This document shows positions 52,917 through 62,298 of a stretch of DNA of 64,000 nucleotides, piece by piece. Position numbers and translations under genes: made by a program. The DNA lies in contig CAZOOW010000005.1 of the NCBI GenBank assembly GCA_964581535.1, positions 8,140-72,139 on the forward strand, given 5' to 3'. Origin of the DNA: an uncultured Candidatus Saccharibacteria bacterium (GTDB taxonomy: Bacteria > Patescibacteriota > Saccharimonadia > Saccharimonadales > Saccharimonadaceae). Below the pieces are notes generated by a model. It worked only from the letters and a program-made list of their open reading frames with translations, was not told the DNA's origin and ran no database searches. The stretch's first letter is position 1; every line of letters starts with the position of its first letter.

Positions 52917-53795
52917 ATGTACGGCGCAGTCGCGGCAAACAAACGCAACACGATACTCATAATCGTTCTTTTTATCGCCATCATTGCTGGGCTAGGATGG
53001 GTGTTTAGCGCTGTCTATGGCAGTACTGGCATCTTTTGGGGAGCTCTGGTCGGCGGGGCGGTTTATGCCCTCGTCCAATATTTTGCAGCGGCAAAACTTG
53101 CACTTGCGATGAATGGGGCTAAAGAGATCCAAAAAAATGATAACTCGCGACTCTATCGTATCGTTGAGAATCTAGCGATTACAAACGGTATGCCGATGCC
53201 AAAAGTGTATGTTGTAGATGACCCCGCGCCCAATGCATTTGCGACCGGACGCGATCCGGAGCATGCTCATGTTGCAGCAACGACCGGTATTTTGGATTTG
53301 ATGAGCGATCGAGAACTGGAGGCGGTCATGGCACATGAGATGGGCCATGTACAGAACTATGATATCCGGGTGATGATGATTGTTTTCGGACTAGTGAGTG
53401 CTATCGGTATCATCGCTGACATGCTTACGAGGATGATGTGGTTTGGTGGCAATGATGAGAATCGACCTTCAAGTCCTATCTTTCTCGTGCTAGCTGTTGT
53501 TGCTGCAATCGTATCGCCACTCGTCGCCATGCTGGTACAGGCAGCTGTTTCTAGGCAACGCGAGTACCTCGCAGATGCAACGGGAGCAATGACGACACGT
53601 GATCCAGAAGGTCTAGCAAGTGCTCTAGAAAAACTAGGGTCGGTCGGGACAGCAACGAAACGTCAAAACCCATCGACTGCACATCTTTTCTTTGCTAATC
53701 CCCTGAAACCTTCAGCCATTTTGCAGGCCTTTAGCACGCACCCGGCTATCGAACAACGTGTGGCAAGACTTCGAGGAATGGAAAACAAGTTTTGA
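52917..53795 (+). CDS. htpX: M48-family zinc protease HtpX
   Basis: PNAFATG and HEMGHVQNYD (HExxH), four TM segments, THPAIEQR near the C-terminus. Confidence 0.9.
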   Translation: MYGAVAANKRNTILIIVLFIAIIAGLGWVFSAVYGSTGIFWGALVGGAVYALVQYFAAAKLALAMNGAKEIQKNDNSRLYRIVENLAITNGMPMPKVYVVDDPAPNAFATGRDPEHAHVAATTGILDLMSDRELEAVMAHEMGHVQNYDIRVMMIVFGLVSAIGIIADMLTRMMWFGGNDENRPSSPIFLVLAVVAAIVSPLVAMLVQAAVSRQREYLADATGAMTTRDPEGLASALEKLGSVGTATKRQNPSTAHLFFANPLKPSAILQAFSTHPAIEQRVARLRGMENKF

Positions 53796-53796
53796 T

Positions 53797-54813
53797 ATGC
53801 CAAAACACAAGAAGAAAAAAACTCGCCACAACTCTTTTTTTGGAAATATAAAAAATAGAATGGCGGATTTTGTTTCAGCGTCGCCGCATCGGTCGTTTAG
53901 AAAAACTGATCGCAGGTATGTACCAAAACCAGTTAAGCTGCCCAGTTACATCCGATTTACCCGTGAAGTCCTCGATCTTATACGTACGCATCGGATGGTG
54001 TTTATTCGGCTTGGCCTCGTTATCTGGCTAGTGCTACTACTGATGGTTGGCTTTTCTCAACAATCACGTTATTTAGAGATAAAAGAGGTTATTAGCGGTA
54101 TTAGCGATCAGGTTGTTGGCGCTGAAGCACGTAAACCTTTAGAACTAGGTGCAACACTGACATCAATATTCTCGGGCTCGCTTAACTCATCCCTGTCAGA
54201 GAGCCAACAGATATATATGGTAATTTTGTATATTTTTGTGTGGCTAGCGGTTGTTTGGTTACTCCGTCATGCTATGGCTGGAACGAAAGTAGGCGCTCGA
54301 GACGCACTTTATAATGCCGGTGCACCCATCCTGCCAACACTGATCATCTTCTTTGTTGGATCCTTGCAGTTACTCCCTGGTGCAGTTGCACTCTCGATTT
54401 TTTCTGCCGCTCAACAAAGCGGCTTACTCAGCTCAGGGATTGAAGTAGCGGTATTCTTTCTTGTAGCCGTTCTTGCGCTCGTATTGTCGCTCTATTGGGT
54501 TGTTAGCACATTTTTTGCGGGGATTATCGTCACTATCCCAGGAACGTACCCTCTATCAGCGCTGCGTTCAGCGCGCAAGCTAGTGGTTGGGCAGCGACGG
54601 CAGATCCTTTTCAGGCTCGCTTGGCTCGGGTTAATTGTCACAGTTACTTTTGCCATTATTGCTCTGCCAGCGTTCCTTATAGACGAAGCGTTACATTTTT
54701 CGAATTATCCGTTTGTCTCAGCAGTTATCTTGTTTATGACAGTCAGCCTGCTGATGTTCTCGATTACTTACATCTACCTTCTATACAGGAAAATTATCGA
54801 TGAGCGGAGTTAG
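53797..54813 (+). CDS. hypothetical polytopic membrane protein
   Basis: ATG 53797 lies 1 nt after the htpX stop. Basic N-terminus (KHKKKKTRH) and multiple TM segments. Confidence 0.6.
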   Translation: MPKHKKKKTRHNSFFGNIKNRMADFVSASPHRSFRKTDRRYVPKPVKLPSYIRFTREVLDLIRTHRMVFIRLGLVIWLVLLLMVGFSQQSRYLEIKEVISGISDQVVGAEARKPLELGATLTSIFSGSLNSSLSESQQIYMVILYIFVWLAVVWLLRHAMAGTKVGARDALYNAGAPILPTLIIFFVGSLQLLPGAVALSIFSAAQQSGLLSSGIEVAVFFLVAVLALVLSLYWVVSTFFAGIIVTIPGTYPLSALRSARKLVVGQRRQILFRLAWLGLIVTVTFAIIALPAFLIDEALHFSNYPFVSAVILFMTVSLLMFSITYIYLLYRKIIDERS

Positions 54814-56809
54814 TAAAGAGCGCTATGTCGAGTTGCTTAGGTTGCTTTCTAAGTATGCTTACGAATATTACGTCCTTGATAATCCGTCGGTTGACGATGC
54901 AGTATATGATGCTCTTATCCATGAGGTAAAAGACTTTGAAGCTGCGCATCCCGATGAAATAAATCCAAATAGCCCAACTCAGCGTATTGCCGCAGTTGCT
55001 TTAGATAAATTTCAAAAAGTCACTCACCGTGTGCCAATGATCTCATTGAATGACGTCTTTAGCCGTGAGGATGTAGAGGCGTGGGTAAATCGAATAGACA
55101 AACTGTTACCTGGAACGAAGCACGAATTTTTCTGTGATATTAAAAAAGATGGCTTAGCGTGCTCACTTGTTTATAGTGACGGCGTCCTGACGCAAGCAGT
55201 GACGCGCGGCGATAGTCGAGTCGGCGAAGACGTCACGATGAACGTTCGGACAATAAAAAATGTACCTCTGGAGCTACGCCATACAAAAAAAAGTGGCGTA
55301 TTTATCAAAGGTCGTACCGAGATTCGCGGTGAGATTGTGATGAAAAAAAATGACTTTCAAGAGCTGAACCAGTCACGCGAAAAAGCCGGTCTGCCTATTT
55401 TTAAAAATCCGCGTAATCTCGCCGCCGGGACGATCCGGCAGCTCGATCCAAAGCTGGTTGGAGAGAGGCCACTGAGTTTTATTGGCTATGACTTACTGCG
55501 GGATGATTCTTCTGAAATCCCAACGAACATATTCGCATATGAGATGATGCGTGAACTTGGTGTCAATGCGTCACCTGAGTGCGCTGTTTTCTCATCACTT
55601 GAGCAGGTTATGCATTATGTCGATGAATGGTCGGAAAAACGACATGAGCTGCCATATGTTACAGACGGACTGGTGATTAAACTAAATGACCGAGCGCTGT
55701 ACGAAAAACTCGGTTCGGTTGGGAAAAATCCACGCGGTGCCGTCGCATACAAATATGCCGCCGAGCAGGGGACGACAGTCGTAAAAGACATTGTTATTTC
55801 AATCGGCAGGACTGGTGCGGCGACGCCGGTTGCAGTATTCTACCCCGTAAATGTCGCTGGAACAACTGTCCAGCATGCCAGCCTACATAACGCAGATGAG
55901 ATAGCACGACTCGACGTCAGGCGTGGTGATACAGTTGTAATTTATAAGGCCGGAGATATTATTCCGCAGGTTGAATCAGTTATAACCGAACTTCGTCCGA
56001 GGCAGTCCCAACCTATTGATTATGAAGCTGAGCTCGCTCGGCAGTATCCGGAACTAGAGTTTGTTCGGGAGTCAGGCGAAGCGGTGTACCGAGTAAAAGG
56101 CTTGACTGGTCCAATCATCTTGAAGCGCGCACTGCAGCATTTTGCATCAAAGGGCGCTCTTGATATCGATACACTTGGCGAAAAAAATGTTGTAGCACTC
56201 GTCGATAGCGGACTGGTCAGTGACATGGCGGACATCTTCTCACTTACAAAAAAAGATTTGCTCGGTTTGGAACGGTTTGCAGACATCTCGGCTCAAAAGC
56301 TTATTTCGGGTATCACAGATAAAAAACAACCGCCATTGGAGCGATTTGTTTATGGGCTCGGTATCCGTCATGTAGGAGTTCAGACAGCGATTGACTTGGT
56401 AGAGCGATTTGGTTCGCTCGAGAAACTACGTAGGGCGACGATCGACGAATTAAAAAATGTCGCTGGCGTCGGCGAAGTTGTGGCGGAGTCAGTCGCGGCA
56501 TGGTTCGCAGATGAGGACAATATTCGTCTGCTGGACAAATTTTATGAACTTGGCGTTCGTCCGTACTACGATAAAAAATCAGGTAAACTCGAGGGATTAA
56601 GCTTCGTCGTAACTGGGGCGCTCGAAAGTATGGGTCGGGACATTGCTGCAGAACGGGTGAGAGCTTTGGGCGGAACATTTCAGAGTAGCGTCGGTCGTGA
56701 CACGACCTACCTGGTCGCCGGCGGCAAAGTCGGTGCCAGTAAGCTGAAAAAAGCCGAAAGCTATGGAACGAAAATAATTACTGAAGCAGAGTTTCTGGAT
56801 TTGTTATGA
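54800..56809 (+). CDS. ligA: NAD-dependent DNA ligase
   Basis: Adenylation motif KKDGLA, OB fold, HhH repeats, and a C-terminal BRCT (FVVTGAL). Confidence 0.95.
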   Translation: MSGVSKERYVELLRLLSKYAYEYYVLDNPSVDDAVYDALIHEVKDFEAAHPDEINPNSPTQRIAAVALDKFQKVTHRVPMISLNDVFSREDVEAWVNRIDKLLPGTKHEFFCDIKKDGLACSLVYSDGVLTQAVTRGDSRVGEDVTMNVRTIKNVPLELRHTKKSGVFIKGRTEIRGEIVMKKNDFQELNQSREKAGLPIFKNPRNLAAGTIRQLDPKLVGERPLSFIGYDLLRDDSSEIPTNIFAYEMMRELGVNASPECAVFSSLEQVMHYVDEWSEKRHELPYVTDGLVIKLNDRALYEKLGSVGKNPRGAVAYKYAAEQGTTVVKDIVISIGRTGAATPVAVFYPVNVAGTTVQHASLHNADEIARLDVRRGDTVVIYKAGDIIPQVESVITELRPRQSQPIDYEAELARQYPELEFVRESGEAVYRVKGLTGPIILKRALQHFASKGALDIDTLGEKNVVALVDSGLVSDMADIFSLTKKDLLGLERFADISAQKLISGITDKKQPPLERFVYGLGIRHVGVQTAIDLVERFGSLEKLRRATIDELKNVAGVGEVVAESVAAWFADEDNIRLLDKFYELGVRPYYDKKSGKLEGLSFVVTGALESMGRDIAAERVRALGGTFQSSVGRDTTYLVAGGKVGASKLKKAESYGTKIITEAEFLDLL

Positions 56810-57048
56810 CAGATACATTTCCCGTAAAGCCTGATATCGAGTTTGGTACGTACCGCCACTATAAAGGTGGGTTATATGAAGTAACAGATTTATCGTGTGA
56901 TGAAGAAACGCACGAATGGCGTGTCACGTATGTACCGCTGTATGACGTTGAGCCCGGTACACCAGATAAATGGAACAGACGGTCTAGTGTATTTTTTCAA
57001 GAGATTGCGGTCGATGGGATAATAAAAAGACGATTTGAAAAGACATGA
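56806..57048 (+). CDS. DUF1653-family small protein
   Basis: GTYRHYKGGLYEV..VTYVPLY signature. ATGA overlap with ligA. Confidence 0.7.
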   Translation: MTDTFPVKPDIEFGTYRHYKGGLYEVTDLSCDEETHEWRVTYVPLYDVEPGTPDKWNRRSSVFFQEIAVDGIIKRRFEKT

Positions 57049-57053
57049 TTACT

Positions 57054-57084
57054 AAAACCCGCTCAAATATAAGAGCGGGTTTTT
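57054..57084. terminator. bidirectional intrinsic terminator
   Basis: ACCCGCTC / GAGCGGGT stem flanked by an A-run and TTTT, between convergent genes. Confidence 0.75.
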
Positions 57085-57102
57085 GTAAGAAAGTAGCTAA
57101 AA

Positions 57103-57357
57103 CTAGTTTTCTTCGCGAGGGCGTGCCTCGTTGACCGTAATGGTGCGGCCGTCGAGCTCAGAGTTGTTGAGCTTGTCGATGGCTGCTTGGCCTTCAGCGT
57201 CGTCTTCGAATTCGACGAAACCAAAGCCTCGGCTGCGGCCTGACTCGCGGTCAGTGATGACCTTGGCGCTAGCGACGGTGCCGCAAGACTCGAAATGAGC
57301 TTTCAGTGTATCGTCGGTTGTCGCCCAAGCAAGGCTGCCTACAAATAATTTTTTCAC
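57103..57357 (-). CDS. RRM-type RNA-binding protein
   Basis: RNP-2 KLFVGSL and RNP-1 RGFGFVEF. GTG start with SD GAAGGA 8 nt upstream. Confidence 0.9.
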   Translation of the reverse strand: MKKLFVGSLAWATTDDTLKAHFESCGTVASAKVITDRESGRSRGFGFVEFEDDAEGQAAIDKLNNSELDGRTITVNEARPREEN

Positions 57358-57648
57358 GTAATCTATCCTTCGTACGTTAACTTTCAGTTCGACCTGCGAA
57401 GGATGGTGCCCTACCGCGTAACCTGAACAGCTTTAGTTAAGCATATTCACAGCAAAATACCTAGCATATTGTCAAAATGCTTGTGTTATGGCACTATAGA
57501 TGTGTTAGCTGGTGCGCACGAGGTTGCGCGTCGTTAAACAAACACCTTCACATAAAAACACCACAACCTCGGGTGGGCGCGCAACAGCTCACATATTAAA
57601 TTCACCTCTGGAAACAGGGGTGAATTTATGGTAGTATAGGGCTCGTTC

Positions 57649-57725
57649 GGGGCATTGGCGCAGTTGGCTAGCGCGCTTCCATGGCATGGAAGAGGTCATC
57701 GGTTCGAATCCGATATGCTCCACCA
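57649..57725 (+). tRNA. tRNA-Ala(GGC)
   Basis: Acceptor GGGGCAT/ATGCTCC with the G3:U70 identity pair, anticodon loop ATGGCAT, T-loop TTCGAAT, encoded CCA. Confidence 0.92.
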
Positions 57726-57732
57726 AACAAAA

Positions 57733-57762
57733 AATACTGATTCGCTATGAATCAGTATTTTT
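57733..57762 (+). terminator. intrinsic terminator after tRNA-Ala
   Basis: 11-bp stem AATACTGATTC / GAATCAGTATT followed by a T-run. Confidence 0.75.
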
Positions 57763-57781
57763 CGTATACTGAAACGTAACC

Positions 57782-59068
57782 ATGTTTAAAAAAATCGTTC
57801 GGAACATCTTAGAAAATAAGGTACGGAAGTACCTAGCAAAACATAAACCGATTCTTGTCGTTATAACAGGAAGTGTCGGTAAAACCAGTACAAAACACGC
57901 TATTGCGACGGTTTTAAGTGAAAAATATCGCATCCGCGCTCATACCGGTAACTACAACTCCGAGCTGTCGGTACCAGTCGCTTTGATGGGGATAGAATAT
58001 CCAGATAACCCTCATTCATTTTCCCAGTGGCGGCAGGTTTTCAAAGCAATGGACATCCGTATTCGTGAAACGAAAGATGCTGACGTTATTATTCAGGAAC
58101 TTGGGACTGACAATCCGGGGGATCTCGCAGAATTTAGCAAGTATCTACACCCTGACATCGCAGTTGTTACGGCTGTTAGCGAGGAACACATGGAGTTCTT
58201 TGGTACCATAGATGCAGTGGCGAGAGAAGAGTTGTCTGTCGCAGGGTGGTCAAAACTGACAGTCGTCAACAGGGACGATGTCGATGGAAAATTTGCCGAA
58301 TATGCCAAAACAGAAAATATTGACACGTACGGCCTTGGCGATAAAGCAGAGTATCGTTTGATAGTGGAGCCAGCCAGTCCGTTGGATGGCCGTATCGGCA
58401 AGTTGATTACGCCAGAATGGGGGGAGCTTCCGGTAAACCTTCAGCTTATAGGCGACCATAGCCTCAAATCGGCCGTCGCTGCTGCTTGTGTCGGCGCTAA
58501 GCTTGGGCTTACGTCTCAGCAAGTTGCCGTTGGAGTGAGTAAAATCTCGCCGGTTGCAGGAAGGATGCAAGTCTTGCGCGGAGTACAGCATACAATAATT
58601 ATTGACGATACCTACAACTCTAGTCCGCTTGCAGTGGAGGCGGCTATGCGAACATTATACGAAGTTGAGGCGCCGCAACGTATAGCTATACTCGGATCGA
58701 TGAACGAGCTCGGACAGCTCTCCGCACAACTCCATGAAAAAGTAGGACATGCATGCGACCCTTCCAAACTGGACTGGGTAGTGACCGTTGGTGAAGAGGC
58801 AGAAAAGTACCTCGCGCCCGCAGCTGCAAAAAACGGTTGTCAAGTAAAATCGTTCAAATCGCCATACGAAGCAGGCGCGTTCGTACATAAGCATCTCAAG
58901 CCAGGTGCGGTTATCTTAGCAAAAGGTTCACAGAACGGTGTCTTCACTGAAGAGGCCGTGAAAATTATACTTCACACAAACGATGACGATGAAAAACTTG
59001 TTCGGCAGTCGGAAGCGTGGATGGAAAAAAAGAACGCTCAGTTCGAAATACCCGTCGTCGAAGACTAG
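57782..59068 (+). CDS. murF: UDP-N-acetylmuramoyl-tripeptide--D-alanyl-D-alanine ligase
   Basis: P-loop ITGSVGKTSTK, GNYNSELSVP, and Mur ligase middle and C-terminal domains. Confidence 0.88.
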   Translation: MFKKIVRNILENKVRKYLAKHKPILVVITGSVGKTSTKHAIATVLSEKYRIRAHTGNYNSELSVPVALMGIEYPDNPHSFSQWRQVFKAMDIRIRETKDADVIIQELGTDNPGDLAEFSKYLHPDIAVVTAVSEEHMEFFGTIDAVAREELSVAGWSKLTVVNRDDVDGKFAEYAKTENIDTYGLGDKAEYRLIVEPASPLDGRIGKLITPEWGELPVNLQLIGDHSLKSAVAAACVGAKLGLTSQQVAVGVSKISPVAGRMQVLRGVQHTIIIDDTYNSSPLAVEAAMRTLYEVEAPQRIAILGSMNELGQLSAQLHEKVGHACDPSKLDWVVTVGEEAEKYLAPAAAKNGCQVKSFKSPYEAGAFVHKHLKPGAVILAKGSQNGVFTEEAVKIILHTNDDDEKLVRQSEAWMEKKNAQFEIPVVED

Positions 59069-59092
59069 CCATCTCTGTTATAGTAGTAGCGT

Positions 59093-61504
59093 ATGAAACG
59101 ATACAATCCTGTTGAAATTGAGCCGAAATGGCAGAAGATATGGGCGGATGACAACCGCTATAAAGTTACCGAGGATACTGACAAGCCGAAATATTATGTG
59201 TCGGGCATGTTTCCGTACCCGTCTGCGGCCGGTATGCATGTCGGCCATACGTTTGAACACTCTATCGTTGATGCGGTTGCACGCTATAAACGCGCGCAGG
59301 GTCACGCTGTGCTGAACCCTATGGGGTGGGACGCGTTTGGGCTGCCAGCAGAGAACTATGCTATAAAAACCGGCACGCCCCCAGCTGAAAGTACGGCAAA
59401 AAACATAGAAGGCTTCACGAACCAATTGAAACGATTTGGCGCTAGCATCGACTGGTCACGCGAGACCAATACGTCTAGCCCTGAGTACTACAAATGGACC
59501 CAGTGGATATTTACGCAGCTGTTTGAGCGCGGCTTGGCGTATCAGAAAGAAGCTAACCAGTGGTGGTGTCCGGTCGACATGACCGTTCTCGCCAACGAGC
59601 AGGTCGAAAATGGCAAATGCTGGCGGTGCGGTTCGGAAGTCGAGAAAAAGTCCATGAAACAGTGGTTTTTCAAGATTACCGAGTATGCCGACGCGCTCCT
59701 TGACGAGATACCGGCGCTGGACTGGCCGGAGAAAATCAAATCCGCCCAAACCAACTGGATTGGCAAAAGTATTGGTGCAGAGGTTGACTTCCTGATCGAA
59801 AACAGCGACAAAATTATTACTGTGTTCACGACCCGTGTCGACACATTGTTCGGCGCAACATTTATGGTATTGGCCCCCGAACACCCGCTGTCTAGAAAAC
59901 TGGCGAGCGAGGAGCAACGGGAGCAAATCGAGGCCTATATAACAGAGGCGCTGAAAAAGTCCGAGATTGATCGAATGAGTGAAGGCAAGGAAAAAACAGG
60001 TGTTTTTACCGGTTCGTATGTCATTAACCCGCTGAGTGGGGCGAAAGTTCCGGTATGGGTGGCCGACTACGTGCTGTGGGGCTACGGAACAGGCGCTGTT
60101 ATGGGCGTCCCTGCGCACGACGAGCGTGACTGGGACTTCGCTAAGAAATTTGACCTACCTATTATCGATGTCGTACAGGGCAACGATGTGGACGAACGGT
60201 TTGGTATCGACGGTGTTTTGATCAACTCTAAGCAGTTTAACGATGTTCCGAGCGCTGAGGCGCGCGAGCTTATTGTCCAGCACCTCGAGCGTGAAGGCAA
60301 GGGGCGGGCGACCACGACGTACAAGATGCGCGACTGGCTCGTCAGCCGCCAGCGCTACTGGGGCGCACCAATACCAATCGTTCACTGCGAAAAAGACGGT
60401 GCGGTTGCGGTGCCACAAGAGCAATTACCTGTTTTGTTGCCTGAGGTTGAAGATTTTACGCCGAAGGGACAGTCCGTCCTGGCCAGTGCGACCGACTGGG
60501 CAGCGACCACCTGTCCAACTTGTGGCGGTCCTGCAACCCGCGAGACCGATACGATGGACGGCTACGCCTGCTCTAGCTGGTACCTGCTGCGCTATACCGA
60601 CCCGCACAATGAGCAACAGCCATGGAGCCCGGAAAAAGCAGCCTACTGGACACCGGTTGATATGTATTGTGGCGGCGACCATGCGGTTGCTCACCTGCTC
60701 TACGTACGGTTCTGGAACCATGTTTTCTTCGACATGAAGCTTGTCCCGAGCAAAGAGCCGGTCAAAAAGCTGGTTTACCATGGGCTCATCGGGGCCGAGG
60801 ACGGCCGCAAGATGAGCAAAAGCCTTGGCAATGTTGTTGATCCGCTAGAAGTAATCGACCAGGGGTACGGCGCGGATGCGCTACGAACGTTCGAGCTCTT
60901 TTTAGGGCCTATCAACGAAAACAGTAGCTGGAGTAGCCGTGGCATCGCCGGCGTCTACCGGTTCTTGACGCGCGCCTGGACGATCACTCAGGAATATATG
61001 GAGGCTGAAAAATCTGAGACAGACAATCCTGAGCTAGTGGCTTTGCGTCACCGCACCATCAAAAAAGTTACGACCGATGTAGAGCGGCTCAGTTTTAATA
61101 CCGCCATTGCAGCTCTTATGGAATACGTCAACGAGCTCTATAAACTCAAAACATCCGGTTTTACTAATGACTGGCAGCAGCCTATTGAAACACTGGTCCA
61201 GTTGCTCAGCATTTTTGCTCCGCACATGAGCGCTGAGCTATGGCAACAACTAGGTAAGGGTGACATGCTCGACACTGTCGAGTGGCCAGTGTGGGACGAG
61301 GCGCTGACAAAAACGAGCATCACCACTATTGTGGTGCAGGTAAATGGCAAAGTCCGTGCTGAAGTAGAGGTGCCAGCCGACGCTGACAAGACAGCCCAGG
61401 AACAGGCCGCACTGGAGCACGGTCGTATTCGCGAGCTACTGGGTGATAAAAAACCATCCCGGGTCATTGTTGTCCCGGGACGGCTCGTAAATATCGTTGT
61501 TTAA
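59093..61504 (+). CDS. leuS: leucine--tRNA ligase
   Basis: FPYPSAAGMHVGH (HIGH), KMSKSLGN, and a CP1 editing domain. Confidence 0.96.
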   Translation: MKRYNPVEIEPKWQKIWADDNRYKVTEDTDKPKYYVSGMFPYPSAAGMHVGHTFEHSIVDAVARYKRAQGHAVLNPMGWDAFGLPAENYAIKTGTPPAESTAKNIEGFTNQLKRFGASIDWSRETNTSSPEYYKWTQWIFTQLFERGLAYQKEANQWWCPVDMTVLANEQVENGKCWRCGSEVEKKSMKQWFFKITEYADALLDEIPALDWPEKIKSAQTNWIGKSIGAEVDFLIENSDKIITVFTTRVDTLFGATFMVLAPEHPLSRKLASEEQREQIEAYITEALKKSEIDRMSEGKEKTGVFTGSYVINPLSGAKVPVWVADYVLWGYGTGAVMGVPAHDERDWDFAKKFDLPIIDVVQGNDVDERFGIDGVLINSKQFNDVPSAEARELIVQHLEREGKGRATTTYKMRDWLVSRQRYWGAPIPIVHCEKDGAVAVPQEQLPVLLPEVEDFTPKGQSVLASATDWAATTCPTCGGPATRETDTMDGYACSSWYLLRYTDPHNEQQPWSPEKAAYWTPVDMYCGGDHAVAHLLYVRFWNHVFFDMKLVPSKEPVKKLVYHGLIGAEDGRKMSKSLGNVVDPLEVIDQGYGADALRTFELFLGPINENSSWSSRGIAGVYRFLTRAWTITQEYMEAEKSETDNPELVALRHRTIKKVTTDVERLSFNTAIAALMEYVNELYKLKTSGFTNDWQQPIETLVQLLSIFAPHMSAELWQQLGKGDMLDTVEWPVWDEALTKTSITTIVVQVNGKVRAEVEVPADADKTAQEQAALEHGRIRELLGDKKPSRVIVVPGRLVNIVV

Positions 61505-61582
61505 TCTTATAGAAAATTTGTGGTATTAGGACGGAGCTATCATTTTATAATAGCATAAATATTTCATAATGTCAAACAATGA

Positions 61583-61611
61583 TTGCATATCAGGGGCGAA
61601 AACGGTATAAT
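61583..61611 (+). promoter_or_regulatory. sigma70-type promoter upstream of rpmF
   Basis: TTGCAT 61583-61588, 17-nt spacer, TATAAT 61606-61611. Confidence 0.55.
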
Positions 61612-61652
61612 GCTAGGCAAGTTTAAACAACCATCAAAGGAGTACTTTTTAC

Positions 61653-61796
61653 ATGGGTAAACCAAAGAAGCAAACCAGCCCTCGAAAGACCGGTCTGCGT
61701 CGTTCTCACTTGGTGCTGAAACTAGCCCGAGTTGTTAATGGCCGCTCACCAGTCAAAGTCCACACGACAAAGCGTGAAACTGGTAAAAAGAAGTAA
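61653..61796 (+). CDS. rpmF: 50S ribosomal protein L32 (no zinc-ribbon cysteines)
   Basis: 47-aa ORF below the ORF-track length cut-off, sequence MGKPKKQTSPRKTGLRRSHLVLK... The L32 N-terminal pattern (PK..TS..K...RRSH..LK) is present. SD AAAGGAG lies 10 nt upstream. Confidence 0.72.
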   Translation: MGKPKKQTSPRKTGLRRSHLVLKLARVVNGRSPVKVHTTKRETGKKK

Positions 61797-61839
61797 GCGC
61801 TAGTACTATAGAGAGTAATTTAACGTAAACAGAACCGGT

Positions 61840-62298
61840 ATGGCATCAAATCGACACCTAGGACGTATCATCGCACTCCAAACTTTGTACGAGTTTGAAT
61901 TTCGTACGCAGTGCGATGACGGTGCTGTGTCGATTGACGACATCCTCAAACGCAACATCGACCGATACAAAGACACGGTTGAAGACACGGATTTCATCCA
62001 GAAACTGGTACACGGCGTCTCGGGAAGTACCAAAGACCTTGACGAGATAATACAGCCAATTGCACCAGAATGGCCGATAGACCAAATAGCCCGTGTTGAC
62101 AGAACGATACTCAGGATGGCGATTTACGAGCTGCGGGATTTCGCAGACATCGTACCACCGAAAGTCGTCATAAACGAAGCAGTCGAACTTGCCAAAGCCT
62201 TCGGTTCTGATAACTCCAGCAAATTCGTGAACGGCGTGCTCGGCACGGCCTATCGAAAGCTGGTGGAAGGCAACACTAATGCAGACGCCAAAGATTGA
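61840..62298 (+). CDS. nusB: transcription antitermination factor NusB
   Basis: RIIALQTLYEFEF, DRTILRMAIYEL, VVINEAVELAK..FVNGVLG. Confidence 0.9.
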   Translation: MASNRHLGRIIALQTLYEFEFRTQCDDGAVSIDDILKRNIDRYKDTVEDTDFIQKLVHGVSGSTKDLDEIIQPIAPEWPIDQIARVDRTILRMAIYELRDFADIVPPKVVINEAVELAKAFGSDNSSKFVNGVLGTAYRKLVEGNTNADAKD

